NCBI GenBank assembly: GCA_963664395.2
Contig: OY761159.2
Coordinates: forward strand, 3,104,001 to 3,168,000
Reading direction: 5' to 3'
DNA from: Candidatus Binatia bacterium
Lineage (GTDB): Bacteria; Desulfobacterota; Binatia; Bin18
Length of the DNA: 64,000 nucleotides
The translations under genes were made by a program, and so were the position numbers. A model generated the notes under the pieces. The model saw only the letters and a program-made list of their open reading frames with translations. It did no database searches and was not told the origin of the DNA. Positions 19,314 to 28,759 of the stretch are shown piece after piece (the stretch's first letter is position 1; each line of letters starts with the position of its first letter).

Positions 19314-20447
19314 TCAGCGTTGCAGCGAGGCATAGGTCGCCGCGATAATTCTGGCCGAGCGCTGATCGCCAAGCGTGCTTTCACCCATGCGGTTCATCAC
19401 ATAGGCGATCGAGGTGCGGGTATCGGGGTCGACCACGGCAATCGAGCCGCCCCAACCGCCCCAGTAGAAGGCGCCGGGGCTCGGTGTGAACGGAATCCGC
19501 GGGTTCATCAAGCCAAAGCCCAGTCCGAAAAGCATCCACACGCCAAGCACGAGATCCTTGCCGTTGGTCTGCTGTTGCTGGGCTATTGCCACCGTCTCGG
19601 GCGCCATCAGCCGGACGCCGTCAAGGGCGCCACCCGCAGCCAGCGCCCCATGCACGCGGGCAACGGCGCGCGCGTTGCCGATGCCGCCCGCGGCCGGAAT
19701 CTCCGCCGCGCGCCACGCCCGCGTCTGCGGCTCGCGGCCCGTCAAGGCGACAGACCGAAACGTCCGCGTGGCGACCGAATCCGGGTCGCCGGGAGTCTGG
19801 TCCAGCGTCGTCGCAGGCGGAACCATCTCGCCAACGCGATTATCGTATCGGGCATCCAGCCCGATGTGAAAATCGACGCCGAGCGGGGTCGCGACCTCCT
19901 CGCGGAAAAACGTCCCCAGGCTGCGACCGTCGACCCGACGCAGGATTTCTCCCTGCAGATAGCCCTGTGTAATGGCATGGTAGCCCGAGGCAGTCCTAGG
20001 CTCCCACCACGGTGCCTGGCGGGCCAGCCGGCCGCAGATGTCCTCCCAGTTGTAGAGTTGCTCGATCTCGACGCGTGAGTCGAAACCGGCCAAGCCGGCC
20101 GAGTGGCTCATCACATGGCGAACCAGCACGCCCTCCTTACCGTTTTGCGCGAACTCAGGCCAATAGCGGGCAACGGGAGCGTCGAACTCAATCAGCCCGC
20201 GGTCCGCGAGCATTAACATGCAGACGGCGGCCAGGGTTTTGGTGGTGGAGTACACGTTGACGATGGTGTCCTGCTGCCAGGGCTCGCCACTCGGTGCTGA
20301 AGCGCCACCCCACAGATCAACGACCACTGCTCCGTCGTGTACGACACAGGCGCTGGCGCCAAGCTCCTCGCCCGTCGCGAAGTTCGCCTGAAACGCCTCG
20401 TGCACGGCCGCGAATGCGTCCGCACAGTATCCCTGAGCTTCCATCAT
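19314..20447 (-). CDS. Serine hydrolase, beta-lactamase-fold esterase
   Basis: STTK, MSHSAGL, YHAITQG, WGGWGGS. Confidence 0.92.
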   Translation of the reverse strand: MMEAQGYCADAFAAVHEAFQANFATGEELGASACVVHDGAVVVDLWGGASAPSGEPWQQDTIVNVYSTTKTLAAVCMLMLADRGLIEFDAPVARYWPEFAQNGKEGVLVRHVMSHSAGLAGFDSRVEIEQLYNWEDICGRLARQAPWWEPRTASGYHAITQGYLQGEILRRVDGRSLGTFFREEVATPLGVDFHIGLDARYDNRVGEMVPPATTLDQTPGDPDSVATRTFRSVALTGREPQTRAWRAAEIPAAGGIGNARAVARVHGALAAGGALDGVRLMAPETVAIAQQQQTNGKDLVLGVWMLFGLGFGLMNPRIPFTPSPGAFYWGGWGGSIAVVDPDTRTSIAYVMNRMGESTLGDQRSARIIAATYASLQR

Positions 20448-20456
20448 GGCTTTCCT

Positions 20457-21209
20457 TTACTGCGTCAATTCTCCCAGTTTTGCCTTCAAGGCCCGAAGCG
20501 CATTTTTGTTCGCGCTTCTGATCGCCTCCATCGTCGGCGGCTCGACACTGATGTCGCCGAGCTCGGCCAGAACGACGTGCACGTCGTCGTGGCCGTCAAC
20601 GCGTTTCATCTCGCCTAACCAACGCTGCACGTTGGGGAAGGGCGCGAAATCGAAGACGTTGGTAAAACCCGGTTGCAGTTGTCCGATCTCCACATACGCG
20701 GCAAAGTCGGCCAGGGTGAGTTGTTCGCCCGTCACATAGCGGGATTCCGCCAGCCAACCCGACTCCAATGTGTGGAGTGCATTCGTCAGGGTCGTGCGGG
20801 CGGCCTGTTGAATGGTGTCCGGAATATTCAGATCCTTGCGGATCTTCGGGGCGACCAAGCCGACGGAGGCGTCGCGCACATTGCGATGGTGGTAGTGCAA
20901 ATACCAGTCCACTTTGGCGCGCAGCCGATGATCCGTCGGGTACACGTCTTCCCAGCCATGCGTATTGCTCAAATAACACATGATGGCGTGCGCTTCGCTG
21001 AGCACAAAGCCGCTGTCCGGCTCTTCGATCGTCGGAATCGTCCCGCCGGGGTTTTTGGCCAGATAGGCCGGATTGCGGCTGCCGGTTTCCCCTTTTGAGC
21101 CCGGGTTAATCAGGACCATTTCAAACGGCGTCCGCTTATACAGCATCAGCCACATGACCGCGCGTACCGGTTGTGAAAACGGCACGCCATACAAGAGGAT
21201 AGGTTGCAT
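20457..21209 (-). CDS. Glutathione S-transferase (theta-like)
   Basis: SQPVRAV, NPGGTIPTI, LSEAHAI, TLADF. Confidence 0.88.
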   Translation of the reverse strand: MQPILLYGVPFSQPVRAVMWLMLYKRTPFEMVLINPGSKGETGSRNPAYLAKNPGGTIPTIEEPDSGFVLSEAHAIMCYLSNTHGWEDVYPTDHRLRAKVDWYLHYHHRNVRDASVGLVAPKIRKDLNIPDTIQQAARTTLTNALHTLESGWLAESRYVTGEQLTLADFAAYVEIGQLQPGFTNVFDFAPFPNVQRWLGEMKRVDGHDDVHVVLAELGDISVEPPTMEAIRSANKNALRALKAKLGELTQ

Positions 21210-21221
21210 CGTATTCCTCGT

Positions 21222-23047
21222 CTATTTCACAATCAGACCGTCGAAATCGCCCTGTTCACGCCAATGGGCGAGCATGTCATAAAAGGCCAGCGCGCCCTTG
21301 GGGTAGATGGCCTGGAGGAAGCCCTGCCCCTCGTTTGTGCCCTCACCGTTATAGTAGCCCGGCGTGCAGACGTCCTGGTAGTTGGTCATCATGTTCGGTC
21401 CGTTCACGAGCTGCACCCACTCCGCCTCAGCCTCGGGGGTCGGCTCGATGGATTGCGCGTTGCGGCGATCAACCAGCGTGATGAGCTGGGCAACATGCTG
21501 GGCCTGATTATCGAGCATATAGGTGAAGTTCGCGGTGAGGCCGGTCTGCGTCAGCCCCATGTGGAAACAGTTCGGAAATCCACAGCTCAGGAAACCGTGG
21601 AAGGTGCGCATCCCGTCTGCCCAGGCGTCGGCGAGCGACAGCCCGTCACGACCGTATATGCCAAACTCGGCCCGCCGGGTGTAGGCGGTCCCCACCTCGA
21701 AGCCCGTGGCTAAGACCAGACAGTCCACCTCGTACTCAACCCCCTCAACCACGACGCCGTGCTCGGTCACGCGCTCGACTCCTTGGCCGTTGGTGTCTAC
21801 GAGCATGACGTTGGGCCGGTTAAAGGTCGGCAGATACTCATCGTTGAAGGTCGGGCGCTTGCACCACTGGCCGAACCAGGGCTTGAGCGCTTCCGCGGTT
21901 TGCGGGTCGCTCACGGTCGAGGCTACGCGCTCGCGAATCTCATTCATCTTCTGGAAGTCGGCAATCTCGGCCAGGATCGCCTTTTCTTTGCCGGAGAGAT
22001 CCGAGCTGGTGCTGCTGAGCAGGTCGCTGAGCTTCTTGAGCGGGCTGGTCCATTTGTCACGGACCTCATCGCCCTCCAACTGCACCCCGTCCAAGAGGGC
22101 GGTGAAATTGCGGTTCCGATAGGCCTGCCAGCCGGGCTTGAGCGTCTGCGCCCATTCCGGGTTGGTGGGTGTGTTGTTGCGCTCGTCCACCGAGGACGGC
22201 GTGCGCTGGAACACATACAACTGCTGCGCATGCTCGCCCAGATGCGGGATGCACTGAATGGCCGTGGCGCCTGTGCCAATGATGCCGACACGTTTGTCGT
22301 GGAGTTTGTGTAAACCGCCGGTGGTATCACCACCAGTGTAGTTATAATCCCAGCGACTGGTATGGAAGGTATGCCCTTTGAAATTTTCGACCCCCGGAAT
22401 CCCGGGCAACTTGGGCTTGTTCAGCGGTCCACTCGACATGAGCACAAAGCGCGTCTTGAACGTATCGCCCCGATCGGTGGTGACGGTCCAGCGTCCGGCG
22501 ACCTCATCCCAGCGGGCCTCTTTGACCTTCGTCTGGAAGCAGGCTTTGTCGTACAGATTGAAGTGCTTGCCGATCCGTTGGGCGTGGGCAAAGATTTCCG
22601 GGGCGAAGGAGTAGCGTTCCTTCGGGATGTAGCCGGTCTCCTCCAGCAGGGGCAGATAGAGATAGCCTTCGATGTCACACTGAGCGCCGGGATAGCGGTT
22701 CCAGTACCAGGTCCCGCCAAAATCACCGGCTTCTCGATGATACGAAAGTTGGTGATGCCGGCCTCTTGCAGCCGCACTGCCGCCAACTGACCGCCAAAAC
22801 CGCCGCCAACAATCACCGCATCGAGTTCTTCGTGCAGCGCCGGGCGAGTATAGCCCGGCTCGACATAATGGTCTTCGTTATAATGCGCGAACTGTCCGCT
22901 GATTTCTCGGTATTGATTGTTCGCGTCGGCACGCAGACGTTTTGTACGCTCGGCAGCATATTTCTCGCGCAGGGCGCCGGGATCGAAGCCCAACTCGTCG
23001 GCAGTCGGTATTCCGCTCGATTCCGTTTGGGTTACGGTTAGACTCAT
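21222..23047 (-). pseudogene. Baeyer-Villiger monooxygenase with a single-base frameshift near 22731
   Basis: Paralog of 1-1643; reads ATC GAG AAG CC GGT GAT TTT where the paralog has AAG GCC GGA GAT TTT; both halves are otherwise open ([11 protein letters not shown]). Confidence 0.85.
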
Positions 23048-23111
23048 TCTGTTCGTCCTCCTTCTTGACTCTCGCTTGACTCTCGGCTCTTCGCTCAAAC
23101 ATTAAGCGGGC

Positions 23112-23141
23112 AGTATAGCCTTTAGAGACAATATTGCTCAA
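23112..23141 (-). promoter_or_regulatory. Putative sigma70 promoter of the BVMO-GST-esterase run
   Basis: TTGAGC-N18-TATACT on the minus strand, upstream of ATG 23047. Confidence 0.45.
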
Positions 23142-23241
23142 TTCATCCCGACGGATTCCTTCAGCAAACTTTGCTCAGAAAAATGAAGGGCAAGCGCCCT
23201 GAAATCTACTCGGTCGCTTGCACCTGAGATTGTCAGCGTGG

Positions 23242-23667
23242 TCATGGGCTCGGGGTGAGGTAGAGCGTCAGATGTCGCTCGCGGAAGCCTATTTGTACGC
23301 AGTTAAAGAAATCACGACCTAAAAGATTCCGGCTTATTGAGCGTTCCGCAAAACCAACTTCCAGATCGAATTCCCCGACGAGATCGTGCGCTATGCTGAT
23401 GCGGTGGAGTTTCCCTTCGAGCGCCAGGCCCCGTACCGACGATCCCCATTGCCGGGCTGGTGCGCTGGTGAGATCGAGACCTAGTATGACCGCGTACTGT
23501 GGATCAAAGAGAGAAATCTCGGCCCCGGAGTCTAAAAAAACATCAGTATCGATGGCCCGACTCGGCTCCGCCAGGTTTGTAAGACGGACGAGCAGTCTTG
23601 GGAATGAACGGTTATTGCGAGGATCGACCGTATAGGGAATTTCATAGGCGTAGTCGATGGTCGGCAT
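23242..23667 (-). CDS. Retropepsin-like (clan AA) aspartyl protease
   Basis: FLDSGAEIS catalytic motif and NLLGRDFF C-terminal motif. Confidence 0.85.
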   Translation of the reverse strand: MPTIDYAYEIPYTVDPRNNRSFPRLLVRLTNLAEPSRAIDTDVFLDSGAEISLFDPQYAVILGLDLTSAPARQWGSSVRGLALEGKLHRISIAHDLVGEFDLEVGFAERSISRNLLGRDFFNCVQIGFRERHLTLYLTPSP

Positions 23668-23670
23668 GGA

Positions 23671-24132
23671 CTACAAACCCATATGGATACTGTCGTTGGG
23701 GGTGTCGTCAACAAAGAAGATATACGGAACGGTGATTCCCTGGGTCCGGGCCTCTTCGACGACTTGAACGGCATCAGGTCCGTAGCTCACAATGGTTTCT
23801 CCGTCGAGAACAACCCATTGCCCCGCCAATTGGCGAAGTTCCTCGCCATGAGTCTGTCGCCAGGCGAGTTCACGGCTTCGGGCTGTCGAGGTCGATAGGG
23901 ATTGAGGCGCACGTCCCGAGGCCCGTTTCGTCCGATAGTTTTTACGGCGACTCGCTCGGTAGGCTTCCGGGTTACGCCAGTACGCTGCCTTTTTCGCGCA
24001 GGTTGAGGTGCAGTATTTTTTGACTGCTGTGCCCATAAACGATTTTCCACACTGGGGACAACTCTTGGGCTCAAGCGAAATCCGGCGTGTTGCCGAGACA
24101 GTCAAGGCTCTTTTTGAGGATTTTTGATCCAT
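23671..24132 (-). CDS. Zn-finger plus DUF5678-like protein
   Basis: CPQCGKSF-x7-YCTSTC treble-clef-like motif, basic helix, then W....GEELRQLAGQWVVLDGETIVSYG.D. Confidence 0.75.
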   Translation of the reverse strand: MDQKSSKRALTVSATRRISLEPKSCPQCGKSFMGTAVKKYCTSTCAKKAAYWRNPEAYRASRRKNYRTKRASGRAPQSLSTSTARSRELAWRQTHGEELRQLAGQWVVLDGETIVSYGPDAVQVVEEARTQGITVPYIFFVDDTPNDSIHMGL

Positions 24133-24138
24133 AGAGAT

Positions 24139-24167
24139 AACCTATTGACGTGAGGTTGCGACGTCAA
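24139..24167 (-). promoter_or_regulatory. Sigma70 promoter for a leaderless transcript, with an overlapping inverted repeat
   Basis: TTGACG-N17-TAGGTT-N6-ATG; inverted repeat ttgacgt-N9-acgtcaa at 24145-24167; no Shine-Dalgarno. Confidence 0.6.
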
Positions 24168-24377
24168 GAGAATTACTTCCTCCCTTGACATATTCGCGAC
24201 AGTTCAAGTGAGCAGGTAAATGCTATCGACCATGCGTTCCATTCGCTGCCCATTTTGTCTTTTCTCGGAAGACGGACATTTCACGCACAGGGCCGGAAAA
24301 GCATTGGTGTCACGAGCGGTTGAGCTGGTCTGTTTGACTGAGGTAATGTGGCTGCCGTAACACGAAGGAGGAATATC

Positions 24378-25268
24378 ATGCCAACCGACGTTCGCGGTCT
24401 TGATATCACGGTGACGAATGCTGAGGCTCTTGCCGAGTATGACAAGGTGCTAACGGACCTCTGGAATTATCGTCTCGCCGCGCCAAAAAATCTGAAGCGT
24501 GTCCTCGAACTCGACCCGGATTTTCCAATGGCACAGGTTGTCTGAGGTTACATTATGTCCATGCTCGAGCCGGTCGCGGTCCGCCCGAAAATGCTGGCCA
24601 ATGCGTCACTCGCCCGCGAACATCTTGCGGCTGACGCCCACCGCGAACGTCTGCATTGTGACGCATTGGAAGGGTTAGCAAGCGGCGATTATGCGCAAGC
24701 AGAAGCCTTTGGTCGCCAATCAATTGACCTGAATCCGGATGACCTGTGGGCGATCCACTCAGTCGCGCACGTGATGGAGATGCAGGGACGCCTGGACGAA
24801 GGGATTGCATTCATCGATCGGCCGGTCGATCAGTGGGCTGATCGAAACCCGTTTCAAGGCCATAATTGGTGGCACTTGGCCTTATTCGCGCTTGAGAGGG
24901 GTGACTATGATTTTACGTTGGACATCTATGACAATAGGATACTGACCTCTAACACGGAATTCTTCCTGGATGTTCAAAACGGTGCTTCGATGCTCAAGCG
25001 CCTGGAATTGCTGGGGGTTGATGTTGGTGATCGCTGGTTTGGGATCGGAGGATCTCATGCGCAGCGAGATATCTTTACGCAGATTCTCATCGAGGCGGCC
25101 ATTCGCGCCGAACGCTATGAGCAGGCACGGGCGCTTCTGGCGCAGCGGGCGTTGTTGAGACCGAACAGTCTTGGGAGCTGGCAAAAATACGCAACAGTGT
25201 TACAGGCGTGCGGCGACGACTCGCGTGCGGAACACGCGCGGCAAAGAGCTGCGCGCTTGCACTCTTAG
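24378..25268 (+). pseudogene. TTC38-like tetratricopeptide repeat protein, decayed
   Basis: DLWAIHSVAHVMEMQGR, HNWWHLALF, GGSHAQRD motifs; in-frame TGA at 24543; much shorter than the family norm, implying internal deletions. Confidence 0.78.
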
Positions 25269-25282
25269 GGAGGGTTTCGGCC

Positions 25283-26503
25283 ATGCATTACATGCTGACT
25301 GAGTCGCAGATTGCGTTACGGGCGCGGGCACACGAATTGGCACGGGACGTGATCGCACCGCGCGCCGCAGAGGTTGACCAAAGCGAACAATACCCCTGGG
25401 ATAATGTCCGGGCGTTAAATGAGGCTGGATTCTTTGGCATGACCATCCCGCCGGAGTTTGGTGGGGCTGGACTGAGCTATCTCGACGTGGTGCTCGTCAT
25501 CGAAGAGATGGCAAAAGTTTGCGGGGTGACCGGACGTATTGTGGTCGAAGCGAATATGGGGGCTCTTTCAGCCATCATGCACTACGGCACGCCGGCGCAA
25601 AAAGAGCGGGCGGCTGCTCTTGTCTTGGCTGGGGATAAGCCCGCCATCTGTATTACCGAGCCTCACGCCGGCAGTGCGGCATCGGAGATGACCACGCGGG
25701 CTGATAAACGCGGCGATACGTATGTGCTGAACGGCATGAAGCATTGGATTACCGGGGGCGGTGTTTCGAAACTCCATCTGATCTTCGCCCGCGTGTTTGA
25801 CGGACAAGGGACAGAGCAAGGCATCGGTGGATTTATTGCCGTTCGCGACCAAGAGCGTGGGTTGCGCATCGGTCAACGTGAACCCACGATGGGCTTACGA
25901 GGTATTCCTGAAGCCGAAGTGTATTTCGAAGATCTCGAACTGCCTGCCGACCAAGTATTAACACCGCCCGGCGGCTTCAAGCGTGGCTTTGCTGAATTAA
26001 TGAACGCCTACAACACCCAACGGGTTGGCGCGGGCACGGTTGCTTTAGGGCTTGCAACCGGAGCCTATGAAGGGGCAAAACAATACGCTTTAGACCGAGA
26101 ACAGTTTGGTCGGCCGATTGCCGAGTTTCAGGGCCTGCAGTGGATGCTGGCCGATATGTCGACGCAGACCGAAGCGGCGCGGCTCATGATCCACAGCGCG
26201 GCCCGTTCGCGCGGCCCCCACAAGAGCCCGTTCCCGGACCCGAATGCGGCTGCGCAAGCAAAGCTGTTCGCATCGGAAATGGCAATTAAGGTCACAAATG
26301 ACGCCTTACAGGTGTTTGGCGCCAAAGGCTATTCGCGCAACACGCCGGTTGAACGCATGGTGCGCGACGCTCGAATGTTCACTATTGGGGGCGGTACTGC
26401 CCAGATCCTGCGCACAGTCATCGCTTCGCGGATTTTAGACCGCCGCCTGCCGCAGACCCGTGATGGGTACGCGCGCCTGGCTCGTAAAGCCCAAGAACGG
26501 TAG
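25283..26503 (+). CDS. acdA: 3-sulfinopropanoyl-CoA desulfinase (acyl-CoA dehydrogenase fold)
   Basis: EQYPWDNV, GRIVVE.N.GA, GDKPAICITEP.AGSAASEMTTRADK, WITGGGVSKLHLIFARVFD, YNTQRVGAG, MFTIGGGTAQILRT (no catalytic Glu), LPQTRDGY; matches the Advenella AcdDPN7 subfamily as recalled. Confidence 0.85.
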   Translation: MHYMLTESQIALRARAHELARDVIAPRAAEVDQSEQYPWDNVRALNEAGFFGMTIPPEFGGAGLSYLDVVLVIEEMAKVCGVTGRIVVEANMGALSAIMHYGTPAQKERAAALVLAGDKPAICITEPHAGSAASEMTTRADKRGDTYVLNGMKHWITGGGVSKLHLIFARVFDGQGTEQGIGGFIAVRDQERGLRIGQREPTMGLRGIPEAEVYFEDLELPADQVLTPPGGFKRGFAELMNAYNTQRVGAGTVALGLATGAYEGAKQYALDREQFGRPIAEFQGLQWMLADMSTQTEAARLMIHSAARSRGPHKSPFPDPNAAAQAKLFASEMAIKVTNDALQVFGAKGYSRNTPVERMVRDARMFTIGGGTAQILRTVIASRILDRRLPQTRDGYARLARKAQER

Positions 26504-26562
26504 TGCTCTTCGCAATTTGGCTGACGACTGCGCCAGTGTTGGGGTGAAACTGCGCCACTGCG

Positions 26563-26736
26563 CTAAGGGCCATAATAGACAGGATAGACAGGAGGATACG
26601 AGGAGACCGGTGCCAGCCTGACCGGCACAGGATAATAGATCGGCCGGGACGTAAATCCTTTTGTAAATCCCTGCAACACAGTGGTGCAGCCGCTCAGGGC
26701 AAAGCAGAGCAGGCTGAGGAGCCAGAGCGTCTTCAC
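26563..26736 (-). CDS. Small putative lipoprotein with Pro/Tyr-rich tail
   Basis: AAGGA RBS, GTG start, lipobox LSGC after a hydrophobic stretch. Confidence 0.45.
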   Translation of the reverse strand: MKTLWLLSLLCFALSGCTTVLQGFTKGFTSRPIYYPVPVRLAPVSSYPPVYPVYYGP

Positions 26737-26853
26737 GGGGTCTGTCCTTGCGACATTGGCTAAGGTGGCCAAGGCGCCCCGTCGGTTCAGTTCCGCCGCC
26801 ACGAACAATTCTCCGGCTCGCCCAATCTGCTGTCTTGAGCGCTTCTGTGCCAT
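26737..26853 (-). pseudogene. N-terminal stub of a PD-(D/E)XK-like endonuclease
   Basis: GGAGGA RBS; MAQKRSRQQIGRAGELFVAAELNRRG (G..GE..V..EL..RG helix), then unrelated sequence. Confidence 0.5.
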
Positions 26854-26999
26854 CGCGTCCTCCTCGCATTGACATCTTATTCGTTTTGAATAGATTGTCC
26901 TACTCATAACTGAGAGCTGTGGAAGAGAGGAGTAAGGATGATCCTCGTTTTTGTAGGAGCTGAGGGCGGGACTTTTTTCACTACTACTAGGAGGGATTC

Positions 27000-27701
27000 G
27001 TGGAAAAAATTCAAGGCAAGATATTTCCAGCAGACTGCCCCCATTGTGGCACCAAGAAAGTCGCGTTCACGGTCAGGGATGGAATCCACTTAGGGGAAAT
27101 ATTCTATAACGGGTTCATTAGACTGAATTCCGACCTATTTGCGCAATGCGCCTACTGCAATCGAGGCATTATTGCAGGATTTAGTACACTGAAAGAAGAC
27201 TCCGATTTAGGCCGACATATAAGGCAAGGCGGCTTACCTGATAGCATCGTTCCCGCTCCGCCTTCTCTCGATGCACCGCCACACACCCCTGACAGTGCGG
27301 CACGGTTTTTCAAACAGGGCCGTGACAATATGTCAGGAAATTGGGACGCTGCTGGAACCATGTTTCGTAGTGCGCTGGAAGCAGCCTTGAAAGACAAGTT
27401 CCCCGATCTTTCCGGCACACTGTTCGAGCGCATTCAAAAGGCAGCAGAACATAATGCTCTGACCCCTGACTTAGCAGAGTGGGCACACGAGATACGGATT
27501 GAGGGCAATCAAGCGGCACATGAAGATCAGCCATACCAGAGAGAAGATGCGGAGCGGTTAGAAGCGTTTACGGACATGGTGTTTCGGTATCTTTTTACCT
27601 TGCCTGGAATGCTGCAAGAGAGAAAACAGCAACTATCGCCCCAGCAAGACGATCAGAAAAAAACAGGAAAGGATTTAACGGAAAGATATCGCAAATCCTA
27701 A
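27000..27701 (+). CDS. DUF4145 domain protein with N-terminal Zn ribbon
   Basis: CPHC...CAYC, FRSALEAAL, WAHEIRIEGNQAAH, YLFTLPG. Confidence 0.8.
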   Translation: MEKIQGKIFPADCPHCGTKKVAFTVRDGIHLGEIFYNGFIRLNSDLFAQCAYCNRGIIAGFSTLKEDSDLGRHIRQGGLPDSIVPAPPSLDAPPHTPDSAARFFKQGRDNMSGNWDAAGTMFRSALEAALKDKFPDLSGTLFERIQKAAEHNALTPDLAEWAHEIRIEGNQAAHEDQPYQREDAERLEAFTDMVFRYLFTLPGMLQERKQQLSPQQDDQKKTGKDLTERYRKS

Positions 27702-27959
27702 CTGCCCACCCAGGTAGTACACCTCTCCCGACTGGTACACTTTCCCTGTGCCTTTGGTATATTTTGCCCCCCGATTGGTACAAGTAGAAAAAATACGCCG
27801 AATAGTGATGTATCTGTACCAGCACCAGGAGAGCGATACCTTGACAATACGATGACGACTCAGCCGGTTGTTTCTCTCGTCATTTTTTGGAACCATGCTC
27901 ACCGGAGCAAGTAAATCCGCTCGCTCCGCGACTCTGGATCAATCTTGAGGACCAGACCT

Positions 27960-28658
27960 ATGAGCGCAATCACCTTGTATACCGCCCCGACTGCGAACGG
28001 GTGGAAAATCTCCATCGCCCTTGAAGAGCTTGGCATTGATTACGACACGGTGTATCTCCATTTCGACAAAAATGAGCAGAAGACGGCGGAGTTTCTCACA
28101 CTGAATCCGAATGGGCGCATTCCAGTCATAGTCGACCATGACAATGAGGAATTCGTACTCGCAGAATCGGGAGCGATTTTGCTCTACCTCGCAGAGCGGA
28201 GCGGCAAGCTCTGGCCGGCAGATCCCCAGCTTCGTCACCAGGCCATGCAGTGGCTCATGTTCCAGATGAGCGCGGTCGGCCCGATGCTCGGGCAGGCGAT
28301 GTTTTTTCAGCGCATCGCGGCACCAAAGGGCATTGTCGACGAATATGCGATCGAACGCTACGTCGAAGAATCGAAACGTCTGCTTGACATCTTGAATGAC
28401 GCGCTCCGCGACAATACGTATCTCTGCGGCGATTATTCGATGGTTGATATTGCCACATTTCCTTGGGCGCGCGCGTATCGTTGGGCCAACGTCGATGTCT
28501 CGGACCTCACGCACCTGACAGCCTGGCTCGCGCGCATCGAAGCCCGCGAGGCCGTACAGCGCGGGCTGTGCGTCCCGGCTGGCAAGCCCCGATTCGACTA
28601 CAGCGACGACGAACTGAAAGCGGCGGCACAGCGCAATGCCCAACTGTACGACGCCTGA
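27960..28658 (+). CDS. Glutathione S-transferase (YfcG/YghU-like)
   Basis: TANGWKISIALEELG, NPNGRIPVIVD, ESGAIL, WLMFQM. Confidence 0.92.
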   Translation: MSAITLYTAPTANGWKISIALEELGIDYDTVYLHFDKNEQKTAEFLTLNPNGRIPVIVDHDNEEFVLAESGAILLYLAERSGKLWPADPQLRHQAMQWLMFQMSAVGPMLGQAMFFQRIAAPKGIVDEYAIERYVEESKRLLDILNDALRDNTYLCGDYSMVDIATFPWARAYRWANVDVSDLTHLTAWLARIEAREAVQRGLCVPAGKPRFDYSDDELKAAAQRNAQLYDA

Positions 28659-28759
28659 GCAAGGGTATGCATCCCGAAGAATGTGTTGGACTGAAGCCTT
28701 ACAAACACTGCGGGGTTCTGGCAAGTTATTGGGCAGAGTAAAAACGAAGGAGGAATACC

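Noticed and set aside
22720-22745. Programmed frameshift in the BVMO
   Set aside because: No slippery heptamer or homopolymer tract; a simple one-base loss relative to the paralog
27754-27767. Sigma54 promoter (ttggtatattttgc)
   Set aside because: GG-to-GC spacing is 8 rather than the required 10
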